Source of the DNA: Candidatus Aminicenantales bacterium
GTDB lineage: Bacteria > Acidobacteriota > Aminicenantia > Aminicenantales > JAFGAV01
NCBI GenBank assembly: GCA_049697055.1
Contig: JBAVVA010000020.1
Location: forward strand, 219-64,218
Length of the DNA stretch: 64,000 nucleotides
Direction: 5' to 3'
Positions 46,078-55,917 of this stretch are shown here, one piece after another. The notes below the pieces were generated by a model that saw only the letters and a program-made list of their open reading frames with translations, was not told the DNA's origin and ran no database searches. Within the stretch, counting starts at the first letter, position 1, and every line of letters begins with the position of its first letter. The position numbers and the translations under genes were made by a program.

Positions 46078-46962
46078 TTGAGTATGGAAATCATCATTGC
46101 CAAAAACACCGGGCTCTGCTACGGTGTCAAACGAGCCCTCCGCTTGGCCCGAGAAGTCCGCGAATCTCAGGCCGGGCCGGTGACCGCTTTCGGCGAACTC
46201 ATCCATAATCCCCAGGTCATCGGGGCTCTCAGCCGGCAGGGCATTGTCTCCTGCAGCGACCTCGACCGGATCTCAGAGGGAACAGTCATCATCCGCAGCC
46301 ACGGCGTCTCGCCCGAAATCTATGAGCTCCTCAGCCGCAAGAACCTGACCGTAGCCGACGCCACCTGCCCCATCGTCCGCCGGATCCAGAAGCGGGTCGA
46401 ACGGCTGGCCCGCCGCGGCGGAGAACTGGTCATCGTCGGAAATCGTGAGCATCCCGAGATCATAGGGCTGCTGGGTTACAGCCGCGGCCAAGCCGTGGTA
46501 GTGGAAAACGAGAGCCAGGCCGAAGAGCTTCCTTTCTGCCGGAAGCGGTCCGTCCTGGCTCAGTCCACCCTGGACCTGGACTTGTTCGAAAAGGTCGTAT
46601 CCCGGCTGCTGGAGAGGACCGAAGTGCTGGCCGTCTTCAACACCATCTGCCGCTTCACCCGGGTCCGCCAGCGGGCCGCCCTGGATCTGGCCCAGCAGGT
46701 TGAGGCCCTCTTCGTCATCGGCGGGCAAAACAGCTCCAACACCCGCACCCTCTTCCAGCTTTCCCGGCGCCTCCAGCCGCGCACCTACTTCATCGAGTCC
46801 GCCGCCGAGATCCGGCCCGAAATGCTGGAGGGGGTCGAACGCATAGGAATCTCCGGGGGAGCCTCGACTCCGCCCGAAGCCATAGACGAAGCTGTCCACT
46901 CCATCAAAAACAGTTTCAAATCCAAAACGCACAGGGAGATGAACGTCCAATGTCAGAAATAA
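46078..46962 (+). CDS. ispH: 4-hydroxy-3-methylbut-2-enyl diphosphate reductase
   Basis: 'GLCYGVKRA', 'HNPQV', 'TCPIV', 'SSNTRTL' motifs. Confidence 0.9.
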   Translation: MSMEIIIAKNTGLCYGVKRALRLAREVRESQAGPVTAFGELIHNPQVIGALSRQGIVSCSDLDRISEGTVIIRSHGVSPEIYELLSRKNLTVADATCPIVRRIQKRVERLARRGGELVIVGNREHPEIIGLLGYSRGQAVVVENESQAEELPFCRKRSVLAQSTLDLDLFEKVVSRLLERTEVLAVFNTICRFTRVRQRAALDLAQQVEALFVIGGQNSSNTRTLFQLSRRLQPRTYFIESAAEIRPEMLEGVERIGISGGASTPPEAIDEAVHSIKNSFKSKTHREMNVQCQK

Positions 46963-48701
46963 CCAAGCGACCAGACAACGATGAGAAGCAGGAGAACGAG
47001 GACTACGCCAGCCTGCTGGACCAGTACCAGTTCAGCGCCAAGGGAGTTTCACCCGGAAAGGTCGTCCGCGGCCGGGTGGTCCGCATCACCCCCAACCATG
47101 TCCTGGTGGATATCGGTTTCAAGTCCGAGGGGATAATCCCCGTGGAGGAGTTTGACAGCCATGACTTGCATAAGCTCAAGCCGGGAGATGAGGTGGATGC
47201 CATCTTGGAGCGGACCGACGCCAAGGAGGGCACGCTGATCCTGTCCAAGCGCCAAGCCGATACCCTCCACGCCCTGGACAACCTGGAAAAAGCCTACCAC
47301 ACCAAAAGCTGGATCACCGGCAAAGTCATAGAAAAAACCAATAACGGCTACATCGTCAACGTGGGCATTAAAACCTTCCTGCCCGATTCCCACGCCGACC
47401 TGCGCATGGTCCGCAACCCCGAGACCCTCATCGGCAACGCCTATAAATTCAAGGTCATCAAGTTCGACCGGAAGAGCGAGAATGCCGTCCTGTCGCGCAA
47501 GCTCTTCCTTCAGGAGGAAAGGGAGAAGAAGAAGAAAAAAGTTTTCGGCGCCCTGGCCCAGGGCCAGCGGCTCAAGGGCCAGGTCCGGTCCCTGACCAGC
47601 TTCGGGGCCTTCGTCGACATCGGCGGGGTGGAAGGGCTTCTCCACATCTCCGATATGACCTGGGGCAAGCTGGGCCATCCCTCGGAAATGCTCAAGGTCG
47701 GCCAGGAGGTGGAAGTGGTCGTCCTAGACTTCATCGAAAAAGAGGAGCGTATCTCCCTGGGCCTAAAACAGCTTACCCCCGACCCCTGGTCCAATATCGC
47801 CGACAAATATTTCCAGGGGCAGCGGGTTCACGGCAAGGTGGTCAGCCTGACCGACTTCGGGGCCTTCGTCGAGCTGGAGAAGGGCGTGGAGGGGCTGGTC
47901 CATATTTCCGACCTGAGCTGGTCGCGCAAACTCGTCCACCCCAAGAAAGTCCTGAGCGTGGGCCAGGAGGTGGAGGTCACCGTGCTCGACGTCAACCCCG
48001 AGTCCAAGCGCATCTCCCTGGGCTTGAAGCAGATCCAGCCCCACCCCCTGGAGCTCCTCAAGCAGAGGATCAATCCCGGCAGCCGGATCAAGGGCCGCAT
48101 CACCAGCCTGACCGACTTCGGGGCCTTCCTGGAGGTTGAGCCCGGCATCGAGGGCCTGATCCACATTTCGGACATCTCCTGGGAGAAGGTCAAGCACCCT
48201 TCGGAAAAGCTCAAGGTCGGGGATGAGGTTGAGGCCGTAGTCCTCAACATCGACGTCGAGAAACAGAAAGTCTCCCTGGGCATCAAACAGCTGCAAGGCG
48301 ACATTTGGGAAGATTTCTTCTCCCGCCATAAGCCGGGCGACCTGCTCAACGTCAAGATCGTCCGCTTGGCCGACTTCGGCGTTTTCGTCGAGGTCATGCC
48401 CGGAATCGAGGGAGTCGTTTTCCTGTCCGAGCTGGACGAACGGCGCATCGACAACCCCGCCGAGGTTTTTAAAGCCGGCGAGGAAAAAACGGCCAAGATC
48501 ATCAAGATGAGCGCCAAGGACAAGAAACTGTCCCTCAGCTTCCGCCAAGCTCAGGACGAGTTGCACCGGATGGAATACCAGAAATTCATGGACAGCCAGG
48601 ACGACCGTCTGACCCTGGGCGACCTGATGCGGGAGAAGCTGGAGAGCATCAAATCGCAAAGGCTTGCCGCAGCCAAGAAGGAGGGGAAGAGCGATGATTA
48701 A
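46950..48701 (+). CDS. rpsA: 30S ribosomal protein S1 (six S1 domains)
   Basis: Repeated 'G.V..LTDFGAFV.....EGL.HISD.SW' S1 motifs; classic ispH-rpsA adjacency. Confidence 0.9.
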   Translation: MSEITKRPDNDEKQENEDYASLLDQYQFSAKGVSPGKVVRGRVVRITPNHVLVDIGFKSEGIIPVEEFDSHDLHKLKPGDEVDAILERTDAKEGTLILSKRQADTLHALDNLEKAYHTKSWITGKVIEKTNNGYIVNVGIKTFLPDSHADLRMVRNPETLIGNAYKFKVIKFDRKSENAVLSRKLFLQEEREKKKKKVFGALAQGQRLKGQVRSLTSFGAFVDIGGVEGLLHISDMTWGKLGHPSEMLKVGQEVEVVVLDFIEKEERISLGLKQLTPDPWSNIADKYFQGQRVHGKVVSLTDFGAFVELEKGVEGLVHISDLSWSRKLVHPKKVLSVGQEVEVTVLDVNPESKRISLGLKQIQPHPLELLKQRINPGSRIKGRITSLTDFGAFLEVEPGIEGLIHISDISWEKVKHPSEKLKVGDEVEAVVLNIDVEKQKVSLGIKQLQGDIWEDFFSRHKPGDLLNVKIVRLADFGVFVEVMPGIEGVVFLSELDERRIDNPAEVFKAGEEKTAKIIKMSAKDKKLSLSFRQAQDELHRMEYQKFMDSQDDRLTLGDLMREKLESIKSQRLAAAKKEGKSDD

Positions 48702-48975
48702 AGCCGATATGATCTCCAAGATCTCCAAGGACATGAACATTCCCAAGCAGGAGGCCGAGCAGGGGGTAAACCTGTTCTTCACCACCATCCGCGACGCCCT
48801 GCTCAAGGGACAGGAGATTGAGGTCAGGGGGTTCGGCAGTTTTCGCTTCCGGACCCGGCCGGGCCGCACGGGCCGCAACCCCCGTACCGGCACCCCGGTC
48901 AGCGTGCCTCCCAAGAAGGTCCTCTACTTCAAGCCCAGCAAACAGCTCAAGGAGCTGATCAACAAGGCCAAGTGA
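48694..48975 (+). CDS. ihfB: Integration host factor beta / HU-family DNA-binding protein
   Basis: ATG 48694; 'GFGSFRFRTRPGRTGRNPRTG' beta-arm; rpsA-ihfB synteny. Confidence 0.85.
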   Translation: MIKADMISKISKDMNIPKQEAEQGVNLFFTTIRDALLKGQEIEVRGFGSFRFRTRPGRTGRNPRTGTPVSVPPKKVLYFKPSKQLKELINKAK

Positions 48976-49487
48976 TGGAGTACCTGGCCGCCCCCTGGAG
49001 AGAAGTGTACGTTCGGAAGCTCGCCGCCCAGGCCAAGGGCTGCATCTTCTGCGCCGCTCTCCGCAAGAAGGATGACCGCCGGGCCTACATCCTTTATCGG
49101 GGCAACCACAACTTCATCATGCTCAACAAGTTTCCTTATACGCCCGGCCATCTGATGATCGCTCCGTTCCGCCATATGGCCTTCTTCGAGAAGTCGGCCA
49201 AGCCCGCCTCGGACGAACTGGGCGACTTGCTGAAGCTGTGCCTGCGGGTACTGCGGCGCCGCTACCGGCCCCACGGTTTCAATACCGGCATGAACCTGGG
49301 CCAGGCGGCCGGGGCCGGTGTCACCGATCACTACCACCTCCATGTCATCTGCCGCTGGGCGGGCGACTCAAATTTCATGCCCCTAGTGGGCGGGGCTAAG
49401 GTCGTCATCGAGGATTTGGACACGACCTTCCGCCATCTGCGGCCCCTATTCCAAACGACGGCCAAGAAGGTGAGCCATGGACTTTGA
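48972..49487 (+). CDS. HIT (histidine triad) family nucleotide hydrolase/transferase
   Basis: 'HYHLHVI' histidine triad, 'NKFPYTPGHLMIAP'. Confidence 0.75.
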   Translation: MMEYLAAPWREVYVRKLAAQAKGCIFCAALRKKDDRRAYILYRGNHNFIMLNKFPYTPGHLMIAPFRHMAFFEKSAKPASDELGDLLKLCLRVLRRRYRPHGFNTGMNLGQAAGAGVTDHYHLHVICRWAGDSNFMPLVGGAKVVIEDLDTTFRHLRPLFQTTAKKVSHGL

Positions 49488-50622
49488 ACTGAGCGAAGAA
49501 CAGCGTCTCCTCCAGGACTTGGTCCGGGATTTTGCCCGGAAGGAGATCGCTCCGCAGGCCGAAGAGTTGGAGGAGCGGGCTGAATTCCCCAGGGATATCC
49601 TGGGCAAGCTGGCCGGCCTGGGCCTGATGGGCATGACCGTTCCGTCCGAGTACGGCGGCATCCGGACGGATTCCCTGTCCCTGGCCCTAGCCTTGGAGGA
49701 ATTGAGCAAAGCCTCGCCCTCGGTCTGCGTCATCCTCAGCGTCCACTGCTCCCTGTTCTGCCATGCCCTCCTGACTTTCGGCACGGAAGAACAGAAGCGC
49801 CAGTACCTTCCGCCGGCCGCCCGCGGCGAGATTTTGGGCGCTTTTTCCCTGACCGAGCCCAATGCCGGCTCGGACATCCAGGCTCTGCGGACCACGGCCC
49901 TCCGCCGGGGCGACCGGTTCATCCTGAACGGCCAGAAGGCCTGGGTAACCGGCGGCAGCGAGGCCAAGGCCCTGCTCCTTTTCACCGCCGCGGCCGACCC
50001 CTCGGGCAAAAAAAAGCTCAACGCCTTCATCGTTGAGCGGGGCTTTCCCGGCTTTAAGGTATCCAAGGTCGAGAACAAAATGGGCCTGCATTCCTCGCTG
50101 ACTGTCGAGATTGCGCTGGAGGATTGCGAAGTCCCGGCCCAAAACCTCCTGGGTGGAGAAGGCCGGGGCATGACTATCGCCCTCCAGTGTTTGGATTACT
50201 CCCGCATAGGGATCGCCGCTCAGGCCGTCGGCCTGGCCCAGCGGGCGCTCGAGGAAGCGGTCCGCTACGCTAAGCAACGCGAGGTTTTTGGCGGGAAGGT
50301 GGCCGACCTGCAGGCCATTCAGGTCATGATTGCCGATATGGCCACCCAGGTCGAAGCGGCCCGGCTGCTGACCCATCGGGCCGCCGCACTCAAAGACACC
50401 GGCCAACCCTTTACCGCCCAGGCTTCCATGGCCAAGCTGTTCGCCTCGGAAGCGGCCAATAAAATAGCCTACCAGGCCCTCCAGATCCATGGCGGCTACG
50501 GATATTCCCGGGAGTTCCCCATCGAACGGCTCTACCGGGACGCCCGTGTGCTGACCCTCTACGAAGGGACCTCGGAGATCCAGCGGCTGGTCATCGCCCG
50601 TCAGCTGCTAAAAGATATGTGA
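49477..50622 (+). CDS. Acyl-CoA dehydrogenase (short/butyryl-CoA type)
   Basis: 381 aa, 'FELSEEQ', 'GAFSLTEPNAGSD', catalytic 'YEGTSEIQ'. Confidence 0.9.
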   Translation: MDFELSEEQRLLQDLVRDFARKEIAPQAEELEERAEFPRDILGKLAGLGLMGMTVPSEYGGIRTDSLSLALALEELSKASPSVCVILSVHCSLFCHALLTFGTEEQKRQYLPPAARGEILGAFSLTEPNAGSDIQALRTTALRRGDRFILNGQKAWVTGGSEAKALLLFTAAADPSGKKKLNAFIVERGFPGFKVSKVENKMGLHSSLTVEIALEDCEVPAQNLLGGEGRGMTIALQCLDYSRIGIAAQAVGLAQRALEEAVRYAKQREVFGGKVADLQAIQVMIADMATQVEAARLLTHRAAALKDTGQPFTAQASMAKLFASEAANKIAYQALQIHGGYGYSREFPIERLYRDARVLTLYEGTSEIQRLVIARQLLKDM

Positions 50623-50625
50623 GGT

Positions 50626-52584
50626 GTGATCATGCTCAAAACGATGCGCAAGAATTTCAAATCGTTCGCCCCGGCCCTATGGGTCGTTATCATCACCTTT
50701 ATGGTGGCCATCTTCGCCGTATGGGGCGCCGGCGGGTTCAACCGGGAGGACAAGAACAGCGCCGACAACGTTCCCGTGGCCGAAGTGGCCGGGCGGACGA
50801 TTTACGCCCAGCAGTACGCCAACGGCCTGCAGATGGAGATTCAAAAAAACAGCCAGAGAATTGGCGGGAAATCAACTATAACCAAGAACCTCATCCAGCA
50901 GCTGGACTTGCCCAACAGGACTCTGCGGGGACTCATCCAGTCCACTCTCCTCCTGGAGCTGGCTAAGGAACGGCATGTGCAGGTTACGGACCAGGAGTTC
51001 CAGGGGGAGGTGCGGCGCCTCTATCCCCTGTTCTTCAACGAGAAAAGCGGCCAGTTTGTGGGCCAGAAAGAATACGAGCAGATCCTGGCCTATTATAAGG
51101 TTTCGGTCGCCGAGTTCGAACGGAGCGTCGAGGATTCCATCCGCTTGCAGAAGATCCAGAGCTTGCTGACGGCCGGTCAATCGGTGACGCCCGAGGAGCT
51201 CTGGGACAGCTACCGCAAGGATAAAGAGACGGCCCGCCTGGAGTACCTGGTCCTGGAAAAGGACAAGATGAAGCTGGAGGCCCAGCCGGGCGAGGCGGAG
51301 GTCCAGGACTACTTCAATCGTCATAAGGACGAGTTCCGCATTCCCGAAAAGCGGGAAGCGGTCTATGTTTTCTTTGACCGCTCCGACCTTAAAAAGCAGG
51401 TCGAGCTTTCTTCTCAGGAGATCGAAAAATACTATCAGGACAACCGGGACCAGTTCAAGAATCCGGAGGAGATCAATGTCAGCCGCATCTATCTCCCCTT
51501 CGCCGGCCGGAACAAGGAAGAAGTGAAGGCCGAGATGCGCAGCCTGGCCGAACAATTGGGCCGGGCCGAAGATTTCGCCGAGCTGGCCAAGAAGCACTCC
51601 AAGGATGCCAAAGCTTCCGGGGGCGGCGCCTGGGGGCCCTTTGAATGGCGCTCGCTTTCGGACAAAGAACAAACTGAGATCAAAAAACTCTCCGCCGGCC
51701 GGGTCTCGGGAGTCGTTGAGATCGAGGACGGCCTGTCGCTGCTCAAGGTGACGGCTAAGAAAGAAGCCTCCGACATTCCCCTGGAGGAGGCGCGCCAGCG
51801 CATCAAGGGTATCCTGGAGGACCAGAAGGCCCAGCCCCTGGCCGCGGAGCGGGTCGGCCGGCTGGAGAAAGAAGCCAAGAAAGAGAACAGCCTGGAAAAA
51901 GCGGCTTCCCGCCTGGGCTTGACAACGGAGAAGAGCGGCCCGCTCAAAAAAGGCGATCCCCTGGGCCAAGTGGATCCATCCGGAGTGGTCAGCCAGGCCC
52001 TCTTCCAACTCCAAAACAAGGGCATCTCCGGGCCGCTCTATTCCTACCAGGGAGTCGGGTTGGCCCAGCTCCTGTCCGTCCTTCCCGCACATCCGGCCAC
52101 CTTGGAAGAAGCGCGGGGCGATGTCCTGAACAGGGTGACCGAGGCCAGGAAAAAAGAAATGATCTTGGGCAGGCTGCAAAGCCTCCGGACCCGGATGGCC
52201 GGCCAGAGCTGGGAGGACCTGAGCGCCAAGGAAAAACTGGAATATAAAACGGTCAATGAACATAAGCGCGGCCAGTATCTGGGCACCATCGGAGAAAATG
52301 AGGAAGTGGACCAGTTGGCCTTTTCCCTGCCGCTCCAGACGGTCAGTGAGCCGGTGGACTTCGGCAACGGCTATGTGGTCCTGCGTGTCCTGGCCCGCCA
52401 GGAAGTCACCCGGGAGGATTTCGAAAAGAACAAAGAAGAGATGCGCAGCGCGCTGCTGGAGATGAAGCAGAATCTCTTTCTGGGCTCTTATCTATCCAAG
52501 GTGCAGCGGGAACGGGGCACCGAGGTCAACTATGAGAACTACCTACAGGTCGTCTCGTCCATCCTGTCCAGGTACGAGGACTAA
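50626..52584 (+). CDS. ppiD: Periplasmic chaperone PpiD-like (N-terminal TM, SurA-N, parvulin domain)
   Basis: TM 'FAPALWVVIITFMVAIFAVWGAGGF'; parvulin-like 'GGGAWGPFEWRSLSDKEQTEIKKL...LLKV'. Confidence 0.7.
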   Translation: MIMLKTMRKNFKSFAPALWVVIITFMVAIFAVWGAGGFNREDKNSADNVPVAEVAGRTIYAQQYANGLQMEIQKNSQRIGGKSTITKNLIQQLDLPNRTLRGLIQSTLLLELAKERHVQVTDQEFQGEVRRLYPLFFNEKSGQFVGQKEYEQILAYYKVSVAEFERSVEDSIRLQKIQSLLTAGQSVTPEELWDSYRKDKETARLEYLVLEKDKMKLEAQPGEAEVQDYFNRHKDEFRIPEKREAVYVFFDRSDLKKQVELSSQEIEKYYQDNRDQFKNPEEINVSRIYLPFAGRNKEEVKAEMRSLAEQLGRAEDFAELAKKHSKDAKASGGGAWGPFEWRSLSDKEQTEIKKLSAGRVSGVVEIEDGLSLLKVTAKKEASDIPLEEARQRIKGILEDQKAQPLAAERVGRLEKEAKKENSLEKAASRLGLTTEKSGPLKKGDPLGQVDPSGVVSQALFQLQNKGISGPLYSYQGVGLAQLLSVLPAHPATLEEARGDVLNRVTEARKKEMILGRLQSLRTRMAGQSWEDLSAKEKLEYKTVNEHKRGQYLGTIGENEEVDQLAFSLPLQTVSEPVDFGNGYVVLRVLARQEVTREDFEKNKEEMRSALLEMKQNLFLGSYLSKVQRERGTEVNYENYLQVVSSILSRYED

Positions 52585-52643
52585 GCCCAGCTAATGCAGG
52601 AGCATTTCCGGCACTCTAATCTGAGTGGAGGGGTGACGCGGCC

Positions 52644-53585
52644 GTGAATAAGCTGGACCGAGCGGCCCGCAAAGCCATCAGCCAATGCCTGAAACTCAAG
52701 CCCACGGACAAGTTCCTGCTGGTCACTGACGAGGCCAAGCTGGAGATTGCCGAGGCCCTGGCCGCCTGGGCTCGGCGAAGCCGCGCCGAGACCACCGTCT
52801 ACCTGATGGCTGAAGCGCTGCGGCCCATCAGCGAGCCGACCGGCCTCTTCCGGGAAATGGCCAGCCGGGCGACGGCCATGGCCTATGTCCTAGAATCCCG
52901 CCTCGAGGAGAAGCCCTTCCGCAGCTTCATGGTCAGTTCGGCCCGTCGGCGCGGCCGCATCCTGATGATGCCCGGCCTGACCCGCGAGATGATGGAGCGG
53001 CTGGTCAACCTCGACTATACCAAAATGATAAGCTTCACCCGCCGTCTGGCCCGCGTCCTTCAGGACGCCGCGGAGGTCGAGGTGGAGAACCCCGACGGCA
53101 CGCATCTCGCCTTCAGCCTCAAGGGCCGGGCCTGGAACCTGAGCCTGGGCGACATCAGCCGCCGCGGCAGTCACGGCAACCTGCCGGCCGGCGAATGCTA
53201 CACCGCTCCGGTGGAGGAGACCTTCTCCGGCCGGCTGGTCCTGCGCCTCATCGACGACAAGGTCGGCCGGGGAGTGATGGACTTCAAGCGGGGCCGGCTG
53301 GTGCGCTGGAGCGGGAAAGGCGTGGCCGAGGTGGTCAGGCTCATCGGCAGCGACCGCTCGGGTTTTATCATCGGCGAGTTCGGCATCGGCACCAACCCCG
53401 GAGCGCGCCTCTGCCCCAACATGCTCGAAGCGGAAAAGGCCCTGGGCACGGTCCACTTCGCCATCGGCGACTCCTACGGCCTGGGCCGGAACCAAAGCCG
53501 GCATCATTACGACGCCCTGGCGGTCAAGCCCACCATCCGGGTCAGAGGCCGGGTCATCGCCCGCCACGGGAAATTCCTGATCTAA
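52644..53585 (+). CDS. M29-like (AmpS/PepS-type) aminopeptidase, short form (GTG start)
   Basis: 'GECYTAP', 'GIGTNPGA', 'EAEKALGTVHFAIGD' resemble M29 metal-site blocks; only 313 aa. Confidence 0.45.
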   Translation: MNKLDRAARKAISQCLKLKPTDKFLLVTDEAKLEIAEALAAWARRSRAETTVYLMAEALRPISEPTGLFREMASRATAMAYVLESRLEEKPFRSFMVSSARRRGRILMMPGLTREMMERLVNLDYTKMISFTRRLARVLQDAAEVEVENPDGTHLAFSLKGRAWNLSLGDISRRGSHGNLPAGECYTAPVEETFSGRLVLRLIDDKVGRGVMDFKRGRLVRWSGKGVAEVVRLIGSDRSGFIIGEFGIGTNPGARLCPNMLEAEKALGTVHFAIGDSYGLGRNQSRHHYDALAVKPTIRVRGRVIARHGKFLI

Positions 53586-53652
53586 GCCTTCCTCAAGCTA
53601 TCCGATCCGGGTTCCTCATAATCGTCGTCCGCTATCTGCGCCTCAGTTTGGC

Positions 53653-54417
53653 CTATGGCCGCAGCAGCTCGAAGAACAATGATTCGACCCTGGCTTCCAG
53701 GGCGGTCCGAAACCGCTCCACCGACTCCTCGGCGCTGCCGGCCAGATGGTCGGTGATGAACATCGGCCGGCCCACGTTCAGCCGGACCCGGACCGGCAGG
53801 AATAACGGACGGTGGGTGCCGAAAAAGGCCAGGGGGGTGACGGGTATGGTTAGGCCGTCGCGGACGAACAGGTCGTGGACGATGTGAGCCACCCCGCTGC
53901 GGAAAGTTTCCACGAAAGGATTACGGAATATCTTTCGCAGCCGGCCCCGGCCCTGGAGGGCGACCACGGCCCGTCCCTGCCGGATATGGTTGGCGATCTT
54001 CTCCAAGGTCTCCCCTTTCCTGCGATTTGGAGAAATGTCCACCGGAATGGTTCCCACCTTGCCGATGTTGGTGGAAATGAAGCGCACCAAAGGGGACCGG
54101 AGGGGAGCCAGCAGGCTGTTGAGGCTTAGCCCCGGCTGCCCCAGGCTGCGCTTGAGATGCCGGCGGATGAGAAAATTGAGTTTATTGAAATCGAAAACCT
54201 CTTTGTTGGCCGTAAAGAAAATGGGCCGGGGCACTGATTTGAAAAGAACGGCCACATCCTTGAAGCTGCCGATGTGATTGCCGACCAGGATGTTGGGGCC
54301 CTGCCTCACAAAATTTTCGGCGCCCCGGACCTCAACCTTTTTCCCCAGTAGAGCCAGGCGGGTCAGCCTCCGGATGACCGGCCCGAACCTCTGGAGTTCC
54401 TGCTCATAGGTCGCCAT
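53653..54417 (-). CDS. 1-acyl-sn-glycerol-3-phosphate acyltransferase family (PlsC-like)
   Basis: Internal ATG; 'VGNHIGSFKD' HX4D, 'VALQGRGR', 'PVTPLAFFG'. Confidence 0.7.
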   Translation of the reverse strand: MATYEQELQRFGPVIRRLTRLALLGKKVEVRGAENFVRQGPNILVGNHIGSFKDVAVLFKSVPRPIFFTANKEVFDFNKLNFLIRRHLKRSLGQPGLSLNSLLAPLRSPLVRFISTNIGKVGTIPVDISPNRRKGETLEKIANHIRQGRAVVALQGRGRLRKIFRNPFVETFRSGVAHIVHDLFVRDGLTIPVTPLAFFGTHRPLFLPVRVRLNVGRPMFITDHLAGSAEESVERFRTALEARVESLFFELLRP

Positions 54418-54734
54418 ACAAGCCCTCGCGGCTGAGCGTATTTTATGTGGGGGGAAGAATTTTGACAAGGGAAAGGGAGCTTCGACCACCCACGGCCGAC
54501 TCTTTAAGAAGAATAATGTATAAATATGATAAAATTTCAGAGGTTTAAAAGGAGGTCTGATATGGCAGAATACCCCAACCCATCGTTTTATTCATAGCCG
54601 CCCCGCAGACGGAAAAAGCTCAGCCTTGGGCAATTCAATGCCATTCCCTTGTCACCTCTAAACAATCATGATACTGTAAAGCCCATCTAATTGTTTTTGG
54701 TGTTAATATTTAAAAAAAGAAAGGAGTCGAAGGC

Positions 54735-55907
54735 GTGATCACCCTGATCCGCAACGGAACAGTCTTTGCTCCCCGGCCCTTGGGCCGTAAAGACATCCTG
54801 ATCCTGGACTCTAAGATCGGCGCGGTCAGCGATCCGGGCGCCGTGCAGATGAAGGGCCTTGAGGTCAAGGTCGTCGAGGCGGAGGGCCTGAGCGTCCTGC
54901 CCGGCCTCATCGACAGCCATGCCCACTTCCTGGGCGGCGGGGGCGAGGGCGGGCCGGCCACCCGGGCGCCGGAGATCGACATCGAGGACATGATCCGCAG
55001 CGGAGTGACCACGGCCATCGGCTGCCTGGGCACGGACGGCATAACCCGCCACCTGTCCTCATTGCTGGCCAAGGCCAGGGCGCTGGAGCTGGAGGGCGTG
55101 ACGACTTATATCTTTGTCGGCTCTTATGATGTGCCGGTGCTCACTGTGACTGGAAGCGTCCGTTCCGATATCGCCCTCCTGGACAAGGTCATCGGCGCCG
55201 GTGAAGTGGCCATCTCCGACCACCGTTCCTCTCAGCCCACCTTCCAGGAGATCGCCCGTCTGGCGGCCGAGTGCCGGGTGGGCGGAATGCTGGGGGGTAA
55301 AGCCGGCGTCCTCCATCTCCATTTAGGGGCGGGCCAGCGGAAGTTGGAGATGCTCTTCCGCCTGGTGGCCGAAACCGAGATCCCTGCCACTCAAGTCATC
55401 CCCACCCACATCAACCGCAACCGCAGCCTTCTCGAGGAGGGGTTGCGCTGGCTTCGGGCGGGCGGCTGGGTGGACTTTACCGCGGGAACGCCGCCGGAAC
55501 AAGAAAGCGATGACGACATCAGCGTGGAGACTGCCGTGCGCCTCTGCCGGGAGCAAGGCTTCCTCGGCCGGATTGCCGTGAGTTCCGACAGCAACGGCAG
55601 CCTGCCGGTTTTCAACGACAAGGGCGAACTCATCGGCCTGACCATCGCCCGGCAGGACACCTTATTTTTCACTTTTCGCTCGCTCGTCCGCCGCAAGATT
55701 CTGACCCTGGAGGAGGCGGCGGCTCTCTTCGCTTCAAACCCGGCTGCCTTTTACAAGCTAGGCCAAAAAGGCCTGGTGGCCAAAGGCAAAGACGCCGACC
55801 TACTTCTTCTTGACGGCGACCTCAACCTGAAAGGTGTTTTTTGCCGCGGCGCGGAGATGATGTCAGAGGGCCGGCTGCTGGCCCAGGGGACCTTCCGCCG
55901 GACTTAG
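54735..55907 (+). CDS. iadA: Isoaspartyl dipeptidase (amidohydrolase superfamily)
   Basis: GTG after aaaggag; near-colinear with IadA: 'GLIDSHAHFLGGGGEGGPATRAPE', 'AISDHRSS', 'VGGMLGGKAGV', 'IPTHINRN', 'SSDSNGSLP'. Confidence 0.85.
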   Translation: MITLIRNGTVFAPRPLGRKDILILDSKIGAVSDPGAVQMKGLEVKVVEAEGLSVLPGLIDSHAHFLGGGGEGGPATRAPEIDIEDMIRSGVTTAIGCLGTDGITRHLSSLLAKARALELEGVTTYIFVGSYDVPVLTVTGSVRSDIALLDKVIGAGEVAISDHRSSQPTFQEIARLAAECRVGGMLGGKAGVLHLHLGAGQRKLEMLFRLVAETEIPATQVIPTHINRNRSLLEEGLRWLRAGGWVDFTAGTPPEQESDDDISVETAVRLCREQGFLGRIAVSSDSNGSLPVFNDKGELIGLTIARQDTLFFTFRSLVRRKILTLEEAAALFASNPAAFYKLGQKGLVAKGKDADLLLLDGDLNLKGVFCRGAEMMSEGRLLAQGTFRRT

Positions 55908-55917
55908 GAGATCGGGG

